A stretch of DNA of 63,453 bases, filler included, from Sphacelaria rigidula (lineage: Eukaryota): the NCBI GenBank assembly GCA_964200075.2. It is 9 parts of 9 records of this genome, joined end to end, with 100 filler letters (N's around TTAATTAATTAA, not from the genome) between each part and the next. Parts side by side here need not be neighbours in the genome. Positions count along the whole stretch, not along the records: positions 21,187 to 28,148 come from CAXNAA020017187.1; positions 28,249 to 35,209 come from CAXNAA020017188.1; positions 35,310 to 42,270 come from CAXNAA020017189.1; 6 more parts are not named here. One strand, given 5' to 3'. The notes under the pieces were generated by a model. The model was not told the DNA's origin. It was given only the letters and a program-made list of their open reading frames with translations, and made no database searches. The translations under genes and the position numbers were made by a program. Shown piece by piece: positions 25,453 to 36,199 of this stretch (positions are counted from its first letter, which is position 1; each line of letters starts with the position of its first letter).

Positions 25453-26812
25453 GAACTTTATATACCACCCCCAGAGGGGTAGTTCCAACGCTTGCACGAA
25501 AGTAAACAAAGCAAGAACGACGAAAGATTGATCATGATCTGCGGATCAGGACCGAATCATGGGGTATGCACCACGCAGATAAATGAATTGCGTCGGATTA
25601 AGATATCACATCGTTACGCCCGACGTCTCTTTTTGTGTCTCGCTCCTGTAGAGCTTGTGGATGAGACTTCTTGCTCAAATATCACGGTCCCCAAACCTCA
25701 GCGTTGCCCGATGCACGACAGACGGTCTGTCTTCTGTTGCTGCCGACCAAGCTACTTCAATACCCGCTTCGGCCTCTAACGGTTCAGATTATGACGATGA
25801 AGTAGTACGCTCGCACTCGCCTCCATCAGATTATCTACATTTGCCAGAGGCTTTCGGGCGCAGGGGGTGGTCACTTGACACTCTCAGACGGCACGACACC
25901 CGCCGCTTCCCCCCCCCCAATCCACCTAATATCAAGTTCGGGGAAATCGGTGTGTTGATTTCAATGTACGGGTACCCTCGACTGTCAATATCGAACTTAG
26001 CACGGTTAGGACGAATCATCACGGTTTCGAATCACCAAATCCACGATTTCTTTGGCCTGATTGCCCNNNNNNNNNNAACAAGGCCTAGGGATTAATTTGT
26101 ACGATTCGAACCAATTACACTAAAACCAAGTAATTTCCAGATGGGTCCTTGATTTGTCCGACCCTTGGAACTTAGTGAACAGGTTTGCGTACCGTTTTTT
26201 TCGTCACAAAATGCCAAGGAAAATTCATCATCACGCGCAGGAGAAATAAAGGGGATCCAGACATGGTGTGGTCAGCTAGGTATGCTCACTCATGAAATTC
26301 CCTCTAACAGAAACAAAGAGCTTTCGAAAGGGTTTATTTTTTATTCAAGGTCACGATGAACGGGGTCTCTGAGATCCTCAGGTTCGTGACAGGGAAAAGT
26401 AGCGACCGCGGGTCAGAACGGTAAACCCTAATATCGCGCGAATCTAGCGCATCCACAGCCATCGTTGCTGTGCAGGAATCTCAAGCTGGAAATGGAACCA
26501 AACGATCCATGCGTTACGTACGAATCATGAAGGTATTGGCCACATGAATCGCGCTTCATCCGATGTGTGTTTTCGGTCTGTCGATGTGCACAAACACAAA
26601 AGAATGCACACACCTTTTCGTGGAACTCAAAGTGTCCTCGTTTTTATCGTCTCTTGCAAACTGTTGGCCCCTTTCTTCAGCATTCTGGAGCCAATGCGTT
26701 ACCCTACGCCACACACGGGACAGAGGATTGATATTCGTATTTCCCGAAAGAGTTCAAGTTCTAGGCAGACACAGTATTACTGTCTCAAGTCGGTTTCCGG
26801 CTATACTGGTCA

Positions 26813-27066
26813 CCTTTGAAAAAGTTGGATCCGGATCGCTCCGCATCCGAGATTCCGCATGCCAAAAGCGCCGCTCCTAGCTCAACCCTTTGGGCAGCAA
26901 ATATGCCACCATCGAAGGTGGTGTGCCCTGCACCACCACGACAAGGCGACCTTAGCAAGTTGAGAGCACCTGTGATACCGCCTATGCGCCGTAGCTCCAG
27001 CCTCACGTCACCCTCTTCTTTGCCATCGCTTGGCATGCTGTACCTTAGTTTGTCTACTCGCCGTGC
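26813..27066 (-). CDS. Possible exon of an unknown protein
   Basis: Open frame ..DKLRYSMPSDGKEEGDVRLELRRIGGITGALNLLRSPC..SNFFK between a ccag acceptor and an AAG|gtgac donor. No family recognised. Confidence 0.3.
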
Positions 27067-27920
27067 TGGATAATATGTATCGATAGGGGTCGCTTCTCTT
27101 CTTGTTTACGTGAACACGACTGCCGCCCACCAGCTGTTGTAGCAAATGCAAGATCCACGAGATTACTCTTTAGAGGATGAAGTAGAGGGAGGAGCTGTTG
27201 AGGGTAGCATGTCCACTGCATACTCTTTTGCACTCCTCTAAACGCTAGTGTTGTACCACTGCTGCGTTGAACATATTTGTCCTGACACGCTGTGCTGCGC
27301 TCGTATACGGCGCTGTTGCGCCAGGTTGCGTCCGCAATGCTGTCACGTTTTTCATCACTCCTCCACAAACAACATACGCGGAGTCATTAGAGTTGATGGA
27401 TTTTCGAATCCAAAGTATACTAGCGTGAAGCTGTGAGCTATAACCATCGCTACCTTCTAGAAAAACTGCGGTCGTATCCACCACAACGAACAAACTTCTG
27501 ACGATGGATATTATCCAATAATAGCTGGGAAAATATTGCTTGCTGGGGTGGTCATTTTCCATCATGGTGCGTAGAGCCCACGCCGTCACTTGACTGGATT
27601 GTGTTTGACTTCACTCCACGTACAACTGGAGCATACTGATAACGGTAACTATTTCAGTCGAGGATTGTACTCGGAACCTCACACAACTTCCCATTTTCGT
27701 GTGTCCGTGTTTACATCGGTTCTTCCGTTTTCCTCCAGCGTTTGTGGCGTTGTATCTTCGTGCGGCGGTGTACAAGTGATTTGTGAATGTCTTGGACATT
27801 CATAACCAGGAAATAATGAGTGGGTTTGTCTCAGCAGGTAGGTGACGTTTGGGTGAAGATCGCCAACTGTTAACAGCCGATTTTCGAAAATGGGGTCGGA
27901 AAAACAAATGAGGTTCAACT

Positions 27921-28148
27921 CTGTAATGCGTGAGAGGACCGCGTGCTTAGTGCTTAGAGGAACGCATCGGAATTTGAACATCCCTATGGTTAGGGTTAGG
28001 GTTGGGGTTGGGGTTAGGGTTAGGGTTAGGGTTAGGGTTAGGGGCGTGGTACCTGCAGGGACTGACCCGATTGGTTTTGAGAAACGTCGATCCTGAAGGA
28101 TTTTGAACTACGGCGCGGTCCTCTAAGCACGCGGTCCTCTCACGCATT
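27921..28148. mobile_element. MITE carrying an internal telomeric (TTAGGG)n tract
   Basis: TIR aatgcgtgagaggaccgcgtgcttag / ctaagcacgcggtcctctcacgcatt, running into the contig end. About 9 TTAGGG-type units at 27989-28043. Confidence 0.8.
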
Positions 28149-28248
28149 NNNNNNNNNNNNNNNNNNNNNNNNNNNNNNNNNNNNNNNNNNNNTTAATTAA
28201 TTAANNNNNNNNNNNNNNNNNNNNNNNNNNNNNNNNNNNNNNNNNNNN

Positions 28249-28320
28249 AGATTTTAATCCTCCGGGTTCTCATCCTCAATCAAAAGCACCATCCTCAACA
28301 TAGATGATTGGCTGTTTGCA
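28249..28320 (+). repeat. High-copy repeat at contig end; inverted copy at 63397-63453
   Basis: gggttctcatcctcaatcaaaagcaccatcctcaacatagatgattggctgtt is identical in reverse complement at the window end. Confidence 0.85.
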
Positions 28321-28586
28321 GGAGGGAAAACAACAAGAGTTTTTTTTCTTAGACCCCATCTTCTGCGGCGGGGTCGATCAAATCAATCGTGGTCCAGCGT
28401 CTCCCGATTTTGTGACGGAACTATTATAACGAAGTCGTGACCACGGACCAGCTCATATGCGAAGATGTTTTGCCAATTGCGATGTCCTCTCCGTATGCAG
28501 CTACGCGCCAGCTGACATGCGAATATGTTCTGCCAATCGTGGCGTCCCCTCCGTACGCAACTACGGGAGAAGAAAATTAAAAAGAA

Positions 28587-28659
28587 TACTCACACCGGGG
28601 TTCGAACCCGGGACCTCGGCTTTATCAGAGCCGCGCTCTACCAGCGGAGCTCTGCGAGC
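28587..28659 (-). tRNA. tRNA-Ile(GAT)-like gene, possibly a pseudogene
   Basis: GCTCGCA-GA-GCTC CGCTGGTA GAGC-G-CGGCT CTGATAA AGCCG-AGGTC-CCGGG TTCGAAC CCCGG-TGTGAGT-A. All four stems pair, anticodon GAT, followed by TTCTTTTT (Pol III terminator). Atypical G8 and C14. Confidence 0.8.
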
Positions 28660-28895
28660 GTCTTCCACGATGCAGCAGAGAATAGGCAGCACATATATAT
28701 GAAGATGGAAGATAATAGCAGTTTGACTGAGCCCCGGTATTATGTAACACGGGGAACGAAGAACAAAACCTCTGGCAAGTAGGAACAGTCGGTCCTAAAT
28801 AATGGGAACTAGATTATTACGGTAACGAACTGAGGTTGAAGTCGTGTAGTATGCGTGGTTTTGAACCTAGTGCCCGTCAAACGTGCCTTGGACCG

Positions 28896-29109
28896 AGGGG
28901 CCCCATATCGGGAAATGGCTGCACCGCACCGCCTATACTAACCCTAAGTAATCAAATGTAATTCACGTGCGGTGCAATGCAGAAACTACTATCGCCATAT
29001 CCAGCGATCAGGGGGACCCCCCCCCCCCCTTCCCCTCCTTCAACCCCAAAATGAGGTTTTTGCGGCCTGGAGGGCGGTGGTGCAGCCATTCCCCGAAATG
29101 GGCCCCCTG
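28896..29109. mobile_element. MITE (hAT-like); related right half at 53780-53914
   Basis: TIR aggggccccatatcgggaaatggctgcacc / ggtgcagccattccccgaaatgggccccct. Degenerate TSD cttggacc/tttggaca. Confidence 0.7.
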
Positions 29110-29267
29110 TTTGGACAGCAACCTTGAACGGGGGTTACTCTACGTGTGTTCACCATCATACGGCCGCATCTTTTGTGTCCGAACACCTTGGACAGAACCG
29201 GTGGGATCTCTCTTAGCATACTGTAGCGCCTACCTTCGAAAACTTAGCGTGGATGTAGCCAAGACAC

Positions 29268-29377
29268 CACGGGTGGCCACCGGGGTGCCTGCAACCTCAA
29301 ATTTGGACGTTACAGATGTTGTACAAGGTCTGTAACGTTCAAATTTGAGGTTACAGGCAACCCAGTGGCCACCCGTG
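29268..29377. repeat. 110-bp near-perfect hairpin (CAC...GTG ends; tiny foldback MITE)
   Basis: 49-bp arms with ~4 mismatches around a ~12-nt loop. The dinucleotide AC flanks both sides. Confidence 0.85.
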
Positions 29378-30299
29378 ACGTCTTTACCAGTGCACCGTTT
29401 CCTGAATTCCAGATTCCAGGATTACAACTTGACGTGCTCTAAATTGGAATATGACAGTCTGCGCATAGGTCGCCACGAACCGGGATTGGTTGCGCCGCAT
29501 TCTGGTCGTCAAGATTCCATCAGTCATCAGTCCGTCCACACACGCGCTAAACAATATTGATTGCAGTACAGGACAAGGAGGGGGGTGTAGGAGAAGATCG
29601 ACTACATCTCAAAGCAGAAGTAGCTGTTTCGCACTGTGTTTCTGTCTTTCAGAAGCTTCTTCAAAACCGATCCCGAAAAACGATGCATCCTCGCCAAGGA
29701 AATATTCGCACCGCCCTCGTTCTTGCCGCCGTGGCATCTCTCAGTAACCAAACCATACATAACTATCGAGCGCGTGCCAATTATTCCTGCGCGTTCATGA
29801 TTTCATATCTTTTCATGGGCAATTACGCACTGAGCATCTCCGGGCTGCAGCAAACTGTACTGTATATCGCGCTGGACGAGCACAACGCTGTTACCTGCTG
29901 TTTCCTGTACGGACTTGGCCGACGAAATGGGTGACACCGAGCGTAAAGCAGAAGCAACACCGTTGTGTGGAGAGCGTTGACTGAGCTTGCTCAACAGAGC
30001 TTCAGTCAGGCGAGGTAAACACGAAAATGCAAGACACCTCGCGACAGGAGCAAGCATGTCTATATCAGCACACTTGGGAAACGTACGCATCAACACCGAG
30101 ACTTGACGGATCGGAATGGCGATTCTTAAACACACCAAAAGTACACAGGAAGTTAGCAGTGTGTCATCGTTCTCATAGGAACGCCTGCCACGGTAAAGGT
30201 GCGGAATAATTTGGTTTGAACAGTGTTTCCTTTGTCACACACAAGCACACGCACACGTCATCCATTCTTGTCACACTGTGAGCAAAACCCGATCAAGTT

Positions 30300-32500
30300 G
30301 GCGCCAACAAAACTCGGATATGCTGGGGAGAGAGACATTTGGACGCCGATCAACATCAACTGTAACTAGAAGTACAGCAGCAGGGTGTATCGCGACAGCG
30401 CTCCACTCTTCCTCACAACTGGACGACACAAGGTGGATCACCCTCTGTGCTTGCTCTGTCTAATAGGTGACTTGCTCACAACTGTCAGTTGTATAGATCA
30501 GTTCAGGTCCATCGTGCTATTTCATTTCGTCACTGTACACTGTACGATAGTGATGGGACACTATTCAGTGTGCCGAACAGAATGCAAGACGACGGTAATC
30601 CGTCCTCCTGTATGTCCCACACTATGGGTTGTCCAGATGCATGTTCGCACTGGTAAGCGAAGTGTGCCATGGATATACAGGACGAAAGTGTGGAAAGAGA
30701 TGCGAAGGAGACAGGATGATGTCATTCGATGCCATGATCTCCGCCTCTACTTTGTCGTAGCATGTGGTTGGAGTGAACATTAGGCCTGTACGTAAAACAA
30801 CGAGTTGTGACGGTCCAGACCACGCGGTGCATCTGGACACTTGGAGTTCTGTAGGGACTGGTCCTTCCTCATAAAGTGAACATTTTGACCTCTGGACCTG
30901 TGGAAAACCAGTGAGCGCTCGCCGGTTTTTGGGACTGTTTACTTTGTGAACAATTCCTGGTGTGGTTCATCATCTCACGTTGTGACTCACGGTGGTCCCG
31001 CGTATGGTGGAGTACCTCATTTGCCGCTTGTTGATCCTCCGCTTCCTTGTGACACAAGAGCCCTTAGCGGAGTAGCCGTGGGAAACAGGGTGTTCGTAAA
31101 CAACGGGCACATTTCCTGGTGCTCCACTACATGCCCGTACATGGGATCATCGGTGGTGCCGGAAAACACCCAGAGTTCTCACCCCGAGCCCTGCGCTTCG
31201 ATGTCTTGCAATGTGTGAAGTACAGGTATTTTGGAATCGAGCCCAGAGCTTCGTCGAAAAATGAACGGGGTCGAATTTTGAAATAATTGTCGACATGTGT
31301 GAAGGCCCAAGATGTATATAGAACCAAGTGGCGACAACTGAACGCACATCTGTCCACACTTGGCTCCAGAACTATCGTGTGACCTGTGCATGGAAATGCA
31401 CGCCTTGATTGAAGTACGGGACCCTGTCATTGGTAGTGTCATGGCTTGGTTGATATCTCACAATACGGTTGGTTTCTGGAATACGTTGATGCGCACAACC
31501 CATGAAATCGTGTGGAGTAGGGAAGCATTGCACGACTGTGCCGCGACGCGGTAGAGTTGATGGCGCAGCTGTGTGAGCCGTAGGGTGGTTGGTTAGCGGC
31601 CTTGTTATCCGTTCGGGAGATGCATCGTTAGAGCATCCACTGAAGGCGACATATCGGCACCACACCGAACGACAGCGTGAACAGCTATAATATGCAGAGC
31701 CATCGAGCACGTATCGTGATCTCTCAAGCGGTGTGTGTCGGTGACGGCGGCTGTCTCGAAGAGAAAGGTTGAGTGCGATCACCGTTTGCAGACATGCCGA
31801 GCAGGTTGAAGCAGCAGGATATGACTGGCGTCTTGAGTAAAGAACAAAACCGTCTGGACAGTCTGTACCGTACGGGGCCGTATAGCGTGGTGGGTCTATA
31901 TCTCGTAGTTGTGCGCGTATCTGAACACCACTATACCACTACACCCACCAACTGCAGACAGCAAGCAAGCTGCAAAATGAGCTTTCCGGTGTCTCTTGCT
32001 TTGTTTGACAGCGATGTATTGCCGCCAATGACCCGATTTACGTCCGGAAACTGACAAGGATCCTGCCTGGAAAGGTTTCAACAACAGCAAAGCTGCCCGC
32101 GTAGATATATCAGAGGGCAATATCATGCACTTGCTCGTGGCAACAGACTGTATACTTGTGAGCAAGAACGCGCGCTGTATTCAAGCTACCCGCCAAACAG
32201 CTGCTTCATCTACGTGACTCTTGGGCATTCAATAATATGTAACCGGTGTTTATTCGTCAGCGTATGTATGCCGCTGCTGCGTTCTACGAGAAAAGAGGGT
32301 GTTTCAGTCAGTCAGGTCACCACGGCCAATCGCTTTTGTTGTATGGTGATCGTTGATGGCAGATATTCACAGTAGTGTAGTTCCCGGTCAATCCCGCCCT
32401 TACGTGCCCGACCGCTCGTCTGTTTGACGTAGAGGTCACACGCAGGACACAGCAAGATATCCCTAGGGGACTCAATTCGCTAAGTGAGTTCTTCATCCCG
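30300..32500 (-). mobile_element. Highly decayed Ty3/Gypsy pol remnant (RT-RNase H-integrase order)
   Basis: Weak, frameshifted motifs: RT-like NAAAAYIR*RIN (~32260), integrase Zn-finger-like HTRNCSQSKQSQK (~30940-30965) and core-like segments toward 30450-30850. Recognised by eye only. Confidence 0.4.
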
Positions 32501-32846
32501 GCGAAAATCGGCGCTCAACCACAAAACAGGGACCATTTGAGAGTCAGTTTTCCCATTCCCCACCCGATTGATAAAACTCCCCCAAATGATCACGCGACTG
32601 CGTTGTGACCCATTTTTTGCCGCATCGCCTGCAATATATCCTGATGAAGCTAACTCTGAACTTTGAAAGGCTTGACAGCAAGGCGTACCTTGTGCAACGA
32701 TAGCTACTTTAATGCAAAAACACGACGTGTCCCACCAGGGCTCACACAGATAAACGACTCGAAAAAGTAGGACCTGATTATGCTGATCGCACAACATTTG
32801 CCCCATCTTCAGAGAAACTATTCACACCGTGTTAGTCACAACGTGC

Positions 32847-34902
32847 AACAGTTATGGGCGCACCTGACCCCCAAAAATGAGCTCATAAAGTGTCACCGAC
32901 CAAAAGCATGAACGGACCGGAGATGTCGTTCATCCTCTGACTATGCACGCCGCAAAATCCCTCCAAGTACTTTTGATTCGAGTAGGGTTTCCATTCCACG
33001 CTTTAGAAGTTTTCTTACTCCGGAGGACGAATAACGGCGGGGCTCGGCTACTCACCGGCGTGTATTTATCCATGCTACTATTGTACAGGTTGGTTTTACC
33101 CAAGACGTTACGGTGATCGAGAAAATGGCAAAAAAAACATTTTTGTTTTTACTTATTTCGTTATAAAACTCGCATCCTGATTACATAAAAAAACTCAACC
33201 CGTACAATTGTCGCTGTCGTCTTGGCGCAGATGATGCAAAAAGTCGCATCCCAATCGATGATCGTGGCGATGAGTATTCTCTGAGACAGATTGGGCTGTG
33301 ATCGCAAACACGCACCTCCAACCCTCGCCGGTCTCCACAAAACGCGAAAACCACACCCCTGTCTAACGGCCTCGGAATAGATGACACCCATGAATGACTC
33401 TTGTTAGTGCATATGGTTGGTACATCGGATATGGGGAATGTTGTCGAATTTAAACCTTCGACCGAGCCCCCAGAAGAAAGAATCATCTTCGCGACCTCGC
33501 AGCAGCGCAGAGAACAAATTTTGACACTGGCCCAAACGAAGGCATACCGAGAACCACCGGGCAAGGCGGGTGCAACGTGTTTCGTAGGCGAAGGATGCGT
33601 TGCCAGACCTCAAATTAGCGCCCCAGGCGCCGATTCAGACAAGAACGCGTTCTGGGCCGCTACTGTAGGAGAATGCTAGGAGCACAGCCCCCATGAAAGA
33701 TCCTGATTTCGGTTTTCACACCAAGATCAAGATTGACCAACTCACGCTCCCGAATGGGAAAGTATACTGCGCCATGACGACACAACGGACAGCATGAAGT
33801 CGTCGGCCCACTTTCGCTGAAGCCACATGGCACCGAAGCCCCAATCATGTCTTTCAGTGGACCCACCCGTCCTGAGACACGCACCTGTTGTATCGGCAAT
33901 GGTGAGTGATGGACGACCGTTTGTTTTCATTCCCTCTTGCAAAACAATATCTTTGGAGTCCGATGAACCCCTAGACCGCGAGGGTAGTCCATCTGGACCA
34001 TGAATACATTTTTTTGAAGTGAAATATGATGCCGATTCAGCATGTGACCAACCGTCGCGGTCAAAGGGTCAATTAATATCATACTCATGAAATGAAAAGC
34101 CATGCCCACGGAACAAATATACTTGACAAGGCGAGTCGTTCATCCGACAAAAGCTGTGGAATGATGGCAGCCATTAAATGAAGTACCTCAAAACATGATG
34201 ACGTTGTGGACCAACACCCGCCCAGCCCACATTACACACCTGGTGACTCATTGTTCTCCACTCGTCTGTGTAAGGGCCGTCCCCGTTGAAGTTCATCAGT
34301 ACATATGGCTCATTTTGGCCCATTGTCGATCCGTACCCCCCCCCCAAAATGGTTCAGCTTGCTGGTTTCAGTTACTGGCGTTGGGCTACAAATGTTCATG
34401 GTTGGTATTACTCGATTTTAGTGTTACAACGAGAATCGGAATTTGAGTAGGGCTGACGGTCCCGTCTGGTCCTCGGGTGCGCACAACGCGTTTTCGTTGA
34501 AATCGGCGCCACAGAAGTCGATTTGGGGTCTACCAAGGCCCCACTTTCTTCAGGGAATGTGTGTACCGCCCTTGCCCAAGTGTTCTCGATGTGATTTGGG
34601 TTGGTTCAACCCAATCAGCCTCCTTGCATGCCGGGGTATCGCAAGCGCGGGCGAAAGGCGATGCAGTGGCATGTAATATATAAGGAACAATGGAAACGGT
34701 AGGGTTCTGATTCTAGATGGCAGTCCACTTTTTTTCGATGTCAATTTTGGATCCATACCGTCCTCTTCCGATGACGTAAGGCGTATTTTACTCCACGAGC
34801 CTGAATAAGCCCCAGAAGTCGGTGTGTTCGTGTCTGTTCGTGGCATTGGTCGGTGTCACTTTTTTTGCCCATTTTGGGGGGTCAGGCGCGCCCATAACAG
34901 TG
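32847..34902. mobile_element. TIR element ~2.05 kb with CACTG-like end (Transib/CMC-like), non-autonomous
   Basis: Left gttatgggcgcacctgacccccaaaaatgagctcataaagtgtcaccgacca versus right rc cactgttatgggcgcgcctgaccccccaaaatgggcaaaaaaagtgacaccgacca. TSD not preserved. Confidence 0.7.
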
Positions 34903-35098
34903 AATCTACTCCACATTTGTTTTACATATTGGGGGGTTTGTTCAAGGTACGGGTCGTTGCTGAACTTTGGTATACCGAGAAATATGCCCCTCTATGTTCT
35001 GCGCCAAATCGCAGCTGCTCTTAGGAAGTTTTCAGATTTGTTGTCCTTCGTGATGCAGGACATATCTGATTGTATACAAGACGCAGGAATCATCCTAC

Positions 35099-35209
35099 GA
35101 TAGAGGGGGGAGGTGTACTCATGATAGAGGGGGGGGGGCTTACTCATTTGTTGCTTGCCTTAGTCGTTTGACCATTGACCACGCATCCCTTTCGAGACGG
35201 AGCCGGGGG
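35099..35209 (-). mobile_element. LINE family A 3' end with a 12-nt family B insert in its G/C tail
   Basis: gatagagggggg [aggtgtactcat] gatagagggggg gggg c ttactcatttgttgcttgccttagtcgtttgaccattgaccacgcatccctttcgagacggagc. Confidence 0.8.
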
Positions 35210-35424
35210 NNNNNNNNNNNNNNNNNNNNNNNNNNNNNNNNNNNNNNNNNNNNTTAATTAATTAANNNNNNNNNNNNNNNNNNNNNNNNNNNNNNNNNNN
35301 NNNNNNNNNGCGGCAGAATAATGTGATGCAAAGAGAGGAAGCATACACGACATGATCAACTGCAAGGAAAGCTTCATATTTCTGACTCCAACGTGTTGGA
35401 GACGTCGACACCTGTCCAAATGCT

Positions 35425-35660
35425 GGACCTTGGTGTCAGGTACCTCGCGCAACCTGGTGTAAGCTACCTTACAGAACCTTGTGCAAGGTACCATACAGGA
35501 CCTTGTGCAATGTACCTTGCAGGATCTTGTGCAACATACCTTACCAGACCTTCCACGACCTTCCAGGACCTTGTGCAACATACCTTAAGCAACCTCCACC
35601 TTGCCAAAGGTGGATAACCTACCTTGCAGGGCCAGGTTGCGCAAGGTGCCTACAAGGTCT
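35425..35660. repeat. ~22-bp minisatellite (ggaccttgtgcaa.gtacctt.ca)
   Basis: About 9 degenerate units. Confidence 0.75.
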
Positions 35661-36170
35661 TGGAGCCCCCCCCCAGTGGCCACGTGTGTATGATGTGGAT
35701 TCCCCGCACATAGCGCCTGAAACGGACCTGCGGATCTGCCTTCCTCCTCAGAGGCGACGACATCTGGCTCGGACAGTTTTGCCCAAAGTTCACGGATAAT
35801 GTCGCATATTGCGCTATCACCGTTTCTCCTCTTTCTGTTGATCGCCAGGTTGGGATCAATCAGGTTCACAAACCGCGGGTGTTTCTGGAGGAGAGACCTC
35901 GTGGGCTCCCTAATTTCGTCGCATTTCGCCTCTATATTCAGCCACTTCTGCTCTTCCTCTGACTCCACAGCGTTGAGAAATACGCCTGCAGCTTTGTACA
36001 GTGAGGTTTTGAGGTTCCATGCTGACGTCCTCTCCATTACTTGAGGTCAGTCTCGCCCCACAGTCCTGGGTTATATCAAATACGCATTGGGGTGTGACAT
36101 CCTTTAGCTTTACCATAGTTCGGCAATGCGACATATGTTTCAGCAAGCCATACCTTGTCGGCGCCTAATC
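35585..36170 (-). pseudogene. Frameshifted intronless ORF of unknown function
   Basis: KHMSHCRTMVKLKDVTPQCVFDITQDCGARLT (35910..36146 frame) appears to continue after a frameshift near 36045 as VMERTSAWNLKTSLYKAAGVFLNAVESEEEQKWLNIEAKCDEIREP... Protein-like composition; no family recognised. Confidence 0.4.
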
Positions 36171-36199
36171 TCTCATTCGAATTTGGAATGCCCTTGTCT

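Noticed and set aside
27989-28043. True chromosome end
   Set aside because: The tract is short and enclosed by inverted repeats with non-telomeric sequence on both sides.
33161-33400. Cys-rich piggyBac C-terminal domain (ATFCIICAK)
   Set aside because: A single CxxC in a broken frame is insufficient.
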